A stretch of DNA of 64,000 nucleotides from an uncultured Verrucomicrobiae bacterium. GTDB taxonomy: Bacteria; Verrucomicrobiota; Verrucomicrobiia; Limisphaerales; UBA11358. Of this stretch, positions 56,889 through 64,000 are shown piece after piece (within the stretch, counting starts at the first letter, position 1; every line of letters starts with the position of its first letter). The notes under the pieces were generated by a model. It was not told where the DNA came from and made no database searches. It saw nothing but the letters and a program-made list of their open reading frames with translations. Made by a program: the position numbers and the translations under genes. The stretch spans positions 2,733,581 through 2,797,580 of the forward strand of contig CAWJTA010000002.1 in assembly GCA_963845665.1 (NCBI GenBank), in the 5' to 3' direction.

Positions 56889-57460
56889 CCATCGAAAACC
56901 TTGAAGATTCAGCCCCGCTATTGGTGCCATGTGGTCTGACGGCACCGGGACGCCTCTTGCAAATAACACTGCAAAAGTAAGCACAATCGGTGCGAACGGC
57001 AAGGGAAAAATTCCTCGCCATGGAGGCCGTTCGGTGTCCGGCCCGCGGGCTGCAACATTCAAACGCGTTCCATGAACCTGGCAGGGGACCCTCCCGGGCT
57101 GACCGCCATAGCTTTCGAGACGGCGGCCCCGCCTGGGCACGTGAGATCGCAAGCGGCGCTACCACCGGCGTAGTGCGCCGTCCCTGCTACAGTCAGAATT
57201 GAGAACATCAGCCGTGTCCGTTACGTTTCCATTATTCCCTCCTTTGTTGTTGACAAAGTTTTCTTATTCTGACTATCCTGCCTGTCTTCAGCGGGTTTTA
57301 AAAGGAACGATTCAATTGGATCGGTCGTGGTTGCTTGATTTTTTGCTCGGCGGCCTGCTCGGCGCTTTGTGCAAAAATCTGTGGCGCATCTGCTTCCCTC
57401 CAGTTAGATCGTTTCGGCTTAGGCGGCAGGAAGGTCCTGCCGTCAACCAAGGAGAAACAC

Positions 57461-59182
57461 ATGAAAAACCGCGTCCTAAAAGTATCCACCGCGCTGGCTC
57501 TGCTGGCGTTCAGTCTAACTCATATTAATTCAAACGCACTTGCCCAGAGCACGACCTTTACGTATCAGGGCCGCGTTACCGACAATGGCACGAGCTTCAA
57601 CGGCACGGGCCAGTTCCAGTTCGCGCTGGTCACAAGTACCAACGCCAGCGCCGCTACCGCAGCGGCCAGTCCGCCCGCTAGTGGTTCTATTACCGCCATT
57701 AACGTCACGGACGGTGGCAACGGCTACACATCCCCGCCCGCCGTGAATATCACCGGTGGCGGGGGCTCGGGCGCAACGGCCGCCGCCAGCATCAGCGGCG
57801 GCGCCGTGACTCAGATCACGGTTACCCATGGCGGTTCGGGCTACACCAGCGCGCCGACGGTCACGGTAGCGCCGCCGTCGACTCAGGTTCTTTATACCAC
57901 CTGGTGGAGCAATGACGGCAGGAGCGTCAACGGCAGCGAACCTTCCTCCGCCGTGAGGGTGAGCGTAAACCAGGGGCTGTTCACGGTCATATTGGGCAAC
58001 ACTGCGCTGCCAAACATGACCGCCATCCCTGCGAGCATTTTTAGCATGGAACCCAACCTCCAATTGATCATTTGGTTCAATGACGGCGTAAATGGTTTTG
58101 CCATGCTCAACCCGCCGCAGAACCTGACGCCTGTGCCATACGCCGCATTTGCCGAGAGCGCGAGCAATCTGTTGGGTACAGTGTCCACGTTGCAAGTGAC
58201 CGGCACGATGCTGTTGTCACAATTGCCCGTATCCGTGCTGACGAATGACGAAACCAGCGTCACGCTGGATAATTTGACGCTCGACGGCACGTTGAACCTG
58301 CCCGCGCCGGCGACCATCAATTCCGGGGGCGTCCCTCTGCTGGTCTCCGATAATAACGAAAATTTTTTCGCCGGTCCTTACGCGGGAATTGAGACGACAA
58401 GCGGATCCTTCAACGAAGCCAATGGTTACGGAGCGCTTAGCGCCAACAGGAGCGGCAGCTACAATACGGCCAGTGGCGCTATAGACCTTCCCAACAACAC
58501 GACCGGCAGCTATAACACAGCCGCCGGGTATTTGGCGCTTTTGAACAACCAGAGCGGCAACGACAACACCGCAGACGGCTATGATGCGTTGTCAGTTCTC
58601 GGTTCCACGACCGGTGCGGGCGGTACCAATGATATTGCGTTGGGTTTTCAGGCCGGCGGCGAACTCAACGGTGACGAAAGCTTCGACATTGACATCGGAA
58701 ATCTCGGCGTCTCCGGCGAGAGCCACACCATTCGCATCGGCACCCCGGGTGTGCAAACGGCCACGTATCTGTCGGGCACCGTTTATGCCAATGGCGTGGC
58801 CTTGAGCAGCGACCGTAATGCCAAGGAGAATTTCACTTGGGTCAATCCGCAGACCGTGCTGGCCCAGGTGGTTTCATTGCCAGTCAGCGAGTGGAATTAC
58901 AAAACGGACAAAAACGCGGAGCATATCGGCCCCATGGCGCAGGATTTTTACTCGGCGTTTGGGTTAAACGGAGGCGATGACAAACACATTTCCGTAGTCG
59001 ACGAAGGCGGTGTGGCGCTGGCGGCCATTCAGGGATTGAACCAAAAAGTGGATGAACTCAAAACCGAATTGGATCGCCGTGACGCTGAGAACACGCAGTT
59101 GAAACAACAGAACGATGCTCTGGCAGGAGAATTTAAAAAACTCGCGGCGGCCGTGAAATCGCTGCAACAAAACGCGAATTGA
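57461..59182 (+). CDS. Secreted tail-fibre-like protein with a C-terminal S74-type intramolecular chaperone (endosialidase chaperone) domain
   Basis: AAGGAG lies 7 nt upstream of ATG 57461. Signal peptide 'MKNRVLKVSTALALLAFSLTHINSNALA'. 'GG.GYTS.P.V' modules and short N-T-x-G / A-x-G-x-x-A-L repeats. 'SSDRNAKENF' (from 58805) followed by 'IGPMAQDFYSAFGL' and a coiled-coil end is the Peptidase_S74 pattern. Confidence 0.8.
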   Translation: MKNRVLKVSTALALLAFSLTHINSNALAQSTTFTYQGRVTDNGTSFNGTGQFQFALVTSTNASAATAAASPPASGSITAINVTDGGNGYTSPPAVNITGGGGSGATAAASISGGAVTQITVTHGGSGYTSAPTVTVAPPSTQVLYTTWWSNDGRSVNGSEPSSAVRVSVNQGLFTVILGNTALPNMTAIPASIFSMEPNLQLIIWFNDGVNGFAMLNPPQNLTPVPYAAFAESASNLLGTVSTLQVTGTMLLSQLPVSVLTNDETSVTLDNLTLDGTLNLPAPATINSGGVPLLVSDNNENFFAGPYAGIETTSGSFNEANGYGALSANRSGSYNTASGAIDLPNNTTGSYNTAAGYLALLNNQSGNDNTADGYDALSVLGSTTGAGGTNDIALGFQAGGELNGDESFDIDIGNLGVSGESHTIRIGTPGVQTATYLSGTVYANGVALSSDRNAKENFTWVNPQTVLAQVVSLPVSEWNYKTDKNAEHIGPMAQDFYSAFGLNGGDDKHISVVDEGGVALAAIQGLNQKVDELKTELDRRDAENTQLKQQNDALAGEFKKLAAAVKSLQQNAN

Positions 59183-59194
59183 AGGGTTCGGATA

Positions 59195-59222
59195 GGGCAG
59201 GGCGGGCCTGCCCGCCTTCCCT
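59195..59222. terminator. GC-rich hairpin between convergent genes (possible bidirectional terminator)
   Basis: 'gggcagg-GCGGG-cctg-CCCGC-cttccc'. There is no clear U-tract on either strand. Confidence 0.3.
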
Positions 59223-59298
59223 CCATGGCTTTAGCGACGGCGGGTCCGCCGGGCGTGCGCTGTTGTGGGCCATGTGCGCTTGCAAGGGCGTTGCCGCC

Positions 59299-60660
59299 TT
59301 ATTTCAAAAACCCTTCCACTCGCTCTGCGGCAGCCGTGCCGGACACTATCGAATCGCCCAGCGAAATGCCGTCTCGAAAATGTCCGGCAAAGAACAAACC
59401 TCCGGCCTTGGATTCAATGTCGTTCAAGAGTTGTTTGAATTTTCCGTAGCCGACATTGTATTGGGGTATAGCCCGGGGATAAACGGCTGTGCTCCGAAAA
59501 ACCGGCGCTCCTTTCACGCCCAGCAAAATATCCAGGTCTTCGCAAGTTAATCGGACCAGTTCATCAGGTTTAAGGCCGGCGAGGTCGGGAGAACGCTGTC
59601 CGCCAAGATAACTGGTCAACAAGACATGGCCGGCGGGCGCGCGGTTCGGAAAAATTGACGATGAAAAAATGGTGCCGAGGATTTTAAAGCCTTCGATTTT
59701 TGGAATAAGCATCCCAAAACCCTGGCACGGATGCGGCACGTCCTCACGCCGAAAGCCTAAAACGACACTGGCTACCGGCGCGTAACGAATTTCGGCAAAG
59801 GCCGAAACGTTTACGGGCGATGGCGCTGAGAGTTTCAATTCCGCCAGGCCGTACGCCGTCCCACAATAGATGACTGCCGCAAATTCCCCCTCGTCCTGCG
59901 CGCTCGTCACGCGCCAGTCATTGCCAATTTGAGCGAGCCGGACAACCGGCGCGTTGACTTTCAAAGCATCTCCCAGCTGAGCCGCCAGCGTATCCGGCAG
60001 CACCTGCAGCCCTTCATCAAACGAAAATCCCCGCGCCCGGTCTCGGGCCACTTGACCGCCCTTCTTTCGTTCGCGCGCCCCAAGGAATTGTCCTTTGATA
60101 AGCGAACCATATTTTGCTTCAACTTGATACAGCCGGGGCAGCGCATGCTGTATCGAAAGCCTGTGCGGATCCCCTGCATAAATGCCACCTACCAGTGCGT
60201 CCACCAGACGTTCCAAAAATTCGCGATTCAGCCGTCGCGTCACAAATTCCGCCACAGTTTCTTCTTTCCCGTCTCGTCTGCGTGGCACGAACGGCTCTCG
60301 CAGCAGGGCCAGTTTGGACCTGGCGCTAAGCAATGGAGATGTAAATATTCCGGGAGGCGACGACGGCATGGCAACGGGTCGCCGGTCCCGCACTACGAAC
60401 CGCGACTTGGCGTCCGGATCAGTATACAGCCTTCGGGATTCAAGGTTGACTTCGCCGATGAGCCTGGAAATTTCCGGCGCGGTTTCCAGTATCGTATTCG
60501 GGCCTGATTCAGCCAGAAACCCGTCTTTTCGCACGGATTGAATGACGCCGCCCGCTCGCCCGCTCGCTTCATAGACAGTAAAGGGGATACCCTTGCGTTG
60601 CAGGCAAAATGCCGCGGTCAAACCCGTGATGCCGGCGCCGATGACTGCGACAGGTTTCAT
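59299..60660 (-). CDS. hemY: FAD-dependent protoporphyrinogen/coproporphyrinogen III oxidase (HemY type)
   Basis: 'KPVAVIGAGITGLTAAF' dinucleotide fold, 'GGVIQSVRKDGFLAESGPNT', C-terminal 'GLFFAGHFRDGISLGDSI'. Confidence 0.88.
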   Translation of the reverse strand: MKPVAVIGAGITGLTAAFCLQRKGIPFTVYEASGRAGGVIQSVRKDGFLAESGPNTILETAPEISRLIGEVNLESRRLYTDPDAKSRFVVRDRRPVAMPSSPPGIFTSPLLSARSKLALLREPFVPRRRDGKEETVAEFVTRRLNREFLERLVDALVGGIYAGDPHRLSIQHALPRLYQVEAKYGSLIKGQFLGARERKKGGQVARDRARGFSFDEGLQVLPDTLAAQLGDALKVNAPVVRLAQIGNDWRVTSAQDEGEFAAVIYCGTAYGLAELKLSAPSPVNVSAFAEIRYAPVASVVLGFRREDVPHPCQGFGMLIPKIEGFKILGTIFSSSIFPNRAPAGHVLLTSYLGGQRSPDLAGLKPDELVRLTCEDLDILLGVKGAPVFRSTAVYPRAIPQYNVGYGKFKQLLNDIESKAGGLFFAGHFRDGISLGDSIVSGTAAAERVEGFLK

Positions 60661-60923
60661 TTAAGATTTAAATCGTTTTCGATAGTCTGGTATTTTGAGT
60701 CGTGGATTGCGAATTGATTCTAAGATGCAATCCTGGGTCGGTCCTTGCGCCGAAGCCCGTTGGGCCGGCGTATCTGTAGAAAGCTTACGAAAACGATTCC
60801 CAAAGCTCCATAGGAGCGGCGTAGTCTGAGCCTGCATTCATTAAGGCGGCTCGGGGCAACCAGAGGCCAAATTCTTGACTTGGCTCATTCCAATGCTGAA
60901 ACTTTTGGCATCTTCATTCGATC

Positions 60924-62201
60924 ATGAAATGCGACGCCTGCGGACTTGAATCAGATTACTCAGCAGCCTTTTTCAAGGAACGAAAAGCATTTGGAAAGGT
61001 AGTGCAAAGTTTTTGTCCTAACTGCTGGGCCCGTCGAGGCAGGATGATTGCCGCGTGGCCTCTGATCGGAATAATATTGATAGGAATTATTGGATGCGTT
61101 CTTTACTGGTTGAAAGTGTGCCCGGAATTGGCGCAAGCTTTGAACTCAATTTTTCTTTGTTTCGTCTTCTTTATTTTGAGCGTGGTTCCTCATGAGTTGG
61201 GACACGCAATTGCAGGCTGGTTGCTTGGTTTTCGGGTATTCGCTGTTGCATTTGGTTACGGAAAACAGATTTTCAAATTCCACTTGTTCGGAACGGTTGT
61301 CAGCGTCTGCTCAATACCGGCGGGCGGCCTTACTCGATCTGCGCCAAAAAGCGTCCACTGGTATCGTGCCAGAACTTTTTTCAGGGTTCTGGCCGGACCG
61401 GCTGCAAATGCAATCATCGTGGTGACGATTGCTTTGATTTCACCATATCATGCTGGTGTACCGACGTGGGCGCAAATGTTCCTGATTGCTAACCTCCTGG
61501 TTTTAATCGGCACGCTCGTGCCTTATCGCGATCCATTTTCGAAAAGAGATAGCGATGGCAAAAATTTGATTAAAGCATTCTTCATGAAACCGGAAGAAAT
61601 ACAACAGACCCACGTGTCGCGGTTTGTATTAGAGGCGGGACTACGGGAGGATGAATATCAGGATTTCGAGGGCGCGGCTGAGTGGTGCGAAAAAGGGCTC
61701 GCTCTATATCCGGATGATTTGCAGCTGCTGAATTTAAGCGCCACAATTTGGGTCGAGCGGCGAAACTATACCATTGCGCGGCAGATATTTGTGCAATTAC
61801 TGCGACGGGAATCAACGCCGCCAGAATGGTATTTTAGCCTCCTAAATAATATTGCGTATACAGATGTGTTGATCGGTGATCCGACATTATTATCAGAGGC
61901 GGACTCCTTTTCGGAAGAAACATATCGAAGCCATCCCTGCGTCAATTTCGTCATAGGGACACGGGGCATCGTGCTTGTAGAGATGGGAGAATATGAGGAA
62001 GGTATAAAACTTTTGAAGGTAGCGATTGAAAAGCATGAAAATCTACGAAGTAAAGCTTTGAATGCCTGCTACCTGGCGATCGCTTGTGCGCGAATGGGCA
62101 AATACGATCAGTCTGACAAATATCTTAAGCTGGCCCGCCAATTTGATTTACACTGTTCGTTGCTGGAACGTGCCGAAGCAGAACTGCTCAATCGGAACTG
62201 A
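60924..62201 (+). CDS. M50 (site-2 protease-like) membrane metalloprotease with an N-terminal Cys4 motif and C-terminal TPR repeats
   Basis: 'CDACG...CPNCW'. 'VVPHELGHAIAG' HExxH within TM helices. TPR-like C-terminal third. Confidence 0.75.
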   Translation: MKCDACGLESDYSAAFFKERKAFGKVVQSFCPNCWARRGRMIAAWPLIGIILIGIIGCVLYWLKVCPELAQALNSIFLCFVFFILSVVPHELGHAIAGWLLGFRVFAVAFGYGKQIFKFHLFGTVVSVCSIPAGGLTRSAPKSVHWYRARTFFRVLAGPAANAIIVVTIALISPYHAGVPTWAQMFLIANLLVLIGTLVPYRDPFSKRDSDGKNLIKAFFMKPEEIQQTHVSRFVLEAGLREDEYQDFEGAAEWCEKGLALYPDDLQLLNLSATIWVERRNYTIARQIFVQLLRRESTPPEWYFSLLNNIAYTDVLIGDPTLLSEADSFSEETYRSHPCVNFVIGTRGIVLVEMGEYEEGIKLLKVAIEKHENLRSKALNACYLAIACARMGKYDQSDKYLKLARQFDLHCSLLERAEAELLNRN

Positions 62202-62341
62202 TTTTTAACATCGCCGACAATAATTCCACTTGTCTTATTGTGAAATGGGTGGAGGTTAGTGGTCCGGACGTTTGGGCTTCGACGGTTCCAGGCGCGATAC
62301 CTAGGGGAGAAGAAAACAATCAAAAACAAAAGGAGATTCAT

Positions 62342-62908
62342 ATGAACGGCATTCCAGAAATCAATCGTGAAATCAGATGGTCCATCGTGGTGAGCATTTT
62401 GATGATTCTGGTGGGTTGCGTGGCAATATTGGTACCGCCAATATCAGGAATCGCGGTGACCCTGTTCGTGGCGTGGCTGATGATATTGGCCGGCGTGGCG
62501 CATTGGGTCTATACATGGCATCGACGGCATCGGCCCGGAATGTGGTGGGGATGGCTAATGGGCCTGCTGTTTATCGGCGTCGGTATTTGCATGTTGGCGT
62601 TCCCCCTGGCGGCTTTGGCGTCATTGACTCTCGTGCTGGGAGCCTACCTGATCGTCGAAGCGGTGCTGGAATTTACACTGGCTTTTCGTTTGCGCCCGCG
62701 GGACGGCTGGGGCTGGCTGTTTTTTGACGGATTGGTGGCACTTGTTCTCGGGTTTATCATTTTCGTGAGGTGGCCCCACAGCGCGTTATGGGTCATCGGC
62801 ACATTAATCGGTATCAGTATATTTTGCAGTGGCGTGACGCGGTTCATGATGTCCCTCGCGGCCCGGGATGCGGCCAAAGGCCTGGAACAACCCACGCCGG
62901 CGCATTGA
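62342..62908 (+). CDS. HdeD-family (DUF308) membrane protein
   Basis: GGAG lies upstream of ATG 62342. Six evenly spaced TM helices with the 'GI..I..G' periodicity typical of HdeD/DUF308. Confidence 0.7.
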   Translation: MNGIPEINREIRWSIVVSILMILVGCVAILVPPISGIAVTLFVAWLMILAGVAHWVYTWHRRHRPGMWWGWLMGLLFIGVGICMLAFPLAALASLTLVLGAYLIVEAVLEFTLAFRLRPRDGWGWLFFDGLVALVLGFIIFVRWPHSALWVIGTLIGISIFCSGVTRFMMSLAARDAAKGLEQPTPAH

Positions 62909-62928
62909 AGGCGAAGCCGTGGAGCGGG

Positions 62929-64000
62929 CTAACTCGCTTTCACCGCAGCGGATATCGCTTGCAAGGAGGCCCGGGCGTCACCAAAGAGCATGCGTGTGTT
63001 GTCCTTGTAAAAGAGATGGTTCTCGATGCCGGCGAAACCTGCGGCCATCGAACGTTTCATCACAATCGTCGTCTTGCAGCGGTCCGCTTCGATGATGGGC
63101 ATGCCATAAATCGGGCTGCTCTTTTCCTCGCGCGCGGCGGGGTTGACCACGTCGTTTGCGCCGATGACCAGGCAGACGTCAACACGGTCCATCGACGGAT
63201 TGATTTGCTCCATTTCAATGAGCTGGTCGTAAGGCACATTCGCTTCGGCAAGCAGAACATTCATGTGGCCCGGCATGCGGCCCGCGACTGGGTGAATGGC
63301 GAACTGCACTTCAACGCCGCGTTTGCCCAGTTCATCGGCCAGTTCACGCACCTGGTGCTGCGCTTGCGCCACCGCCATTCCGTAGCCGGGCACCACCACC
63401 ACACGCTGTGCGTAGGTCAGCAGCAGCGCCGCTTCATCGGCCTGCACCGGCTTGACCGCACCGACGACGCTGTTGGACGCCGCCTTGCTTCCGCCCGACG
63501 ACCCGAAAGCCCCAAACAGAACATTGGTCACAGGCCGGTTCATGGCTTTGCACATGAGCAGGGTGAGCAGAGTGCCCGAAGAGCCGACGAGCGTTCCGGC
63601 GACGATCATCGCGGTGTTGTTGATGGCAAATCCGTCCGCGGCGACTGCCAGGCCGGTGAACGAATTGAGCAGCGAAATGACGACCGGCATGTCCGCGCCG
63701 CCGATGGGCATGACCATGGCGACGCCGAAAAAGAGAGCGAGCGAGAACATGATAATGAACGCGGCGGAAGCGTTGGCCTGGCCCGTGTTGAAAATCAGCC
63801 AGCCGCACAAGCCAAGGATGACCAGCAGAATAAGGCCGTTCAGGAAATTCTGCCCAGGGAAGGTCATCGGCTTTTCAAACTTACCCTGGAGCTTGAGATA
63901 GGCGATGATGCTGCCGGAAAAGGAGAGCGAGCCGATAAGCGTGGCAAAGAGCATCGGGACCGAGATGAAAGCCGAGACGGATTCCAACGCCTGAGTGTGG
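62929..64000 (-). CDS. pntB: NAD(P) transhydrogenase beta subunit (N-terminus beyond the window)
   Basis: 'VVVPGYGMAVAQAQH', 'AIHPVAGRMPGHMNVLLAEA', 'NPAAREEKSSPIYGMPI', 'LFGDARASL'. The frame stays open to the window edge. Confidence 0.93.
   Translation of the reverse strand, partial: HTQALESVSAFISVPMLFATLIGSLSFSGSIIAYLKLQGKFEKPMTFPGQNFLNGLILLVILGLCGWLIFNTGQANASAAFIIMFSLALFFGVAMVMPIGGADMPVVISLLNSFTGLAVAADGFAINNTAMIVAGTLVGSSGTLLTLLMCKAMNRPVTNVLFGAFGSSGGSKAASNSVVGAVKPVQADEAALLLTYAQRVVVVPGYGMAVAQAQHQVRELADELGKRGVEVQFAIHPVAGRMPGHMNVLLAEANVPYDQLIEMEQINPSMDRVDVCLVIGANDVVNPAAREEKSSPIYGMPIIEADRCKTTIVMKRSMAAGFAGIENHLFYKDNTRMLFGDARASLQAISAAVKAS

Noticed and set aside
56936-57196. Whether the structured-looking gap is a known RNA class (RNase P RNA, SRP/4.5S RNA, tmRNA, 6S RNA).
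   Set aside because: I found no 'GAGGAAAGTCC' / 'ACAGAA..CGGCTTA' RNase P P4 strands. There is no 'GGAA...AGCA' SRP helix-8 signature; only a superficial 'GGTCAGCCCGGGAGGG' resemblance. There is no tRNA-like tmRNA end. The length does not fit 6S RNA.
1-64000. A search for CRISPR arrays, rRNA genes, IS elements/transposases, integrases and known defence-system hallmarks.
   Set aside because: No regularly spaced direct repeats, no rRNA-like conserved blocks, and no DDE/tyrosine-recombinase-like ORFs were recognised on either strand. The only TA-like element is the decayed ParDE pair.

Overview
The gene content suggests a chromosomal segment from a PVC-superphylum, Verrucomicrobiota-like bacterium. 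This is an inference from prepilin-type/H-X9-DG proteins, giant secreted LamG and beta-helix proteins, and a MoxR-Bat operon. No database search was possible.

Layout:
- 1-21 kb, mostly housekeeping: ftsK (5' partial), a ParD/ParE-type toxin-antitoxin (TA) pair whose toxin is frame-broken, a 3-gene ECF sigma module, a GST-like gene, PIN-PhoH, dnaE, one continuous ORF fusing LMW-PTP + RpiB + SHMT, rpmB, a Dabb protein, ohr, an SPFH-like gene pair and a hybrid histidine kinase.
- 21.2-29.3 kb: a complete 8-gene MoxR/DUF58/BatA-E-type operon.
- 29.6-33.1 kb: a ~3.5 kb Ig/He_PIG/vWA adhesin-like gene. It is intact for 1.35 kb, then carries about 16 frame changes and one in-frame TAA within 1.9 kb.
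- 33.2-56.75 kb: a 12-gene secreted glycan-processing island. It holds GH36-like, GH29-like and GH3 genes, a SASA esterase, an alpha/beta hydrolase, two beta-helix proteins, LamG proteins and a pseudopilin-like protein. It has its own Y_Y_Y propeller sensor kinase and NarL-type response regulator.
- 56.8-64 kb: tRNA-Arg(ACG), a 570-bp non-coding GC-rich gap, a tail-fibre-like protein with an S74 intramolecular-chaperone domain, hemY, an M50/TPR protease, an HdeD-like protein and pntB (partial).

The most interesting signal is in the island. Four copies of a 16-bp 7-2-7 palindrome (TCCGTCA-AA-TGACGGA) each sit directly upstream of a TTGTnn-N17/18-A/T-rich promoter-like element. These box-promoter units lie upstream of five of the island's six inferred transcription units.

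I recognised no rRNA, CRISPR array, transposase or integrase.
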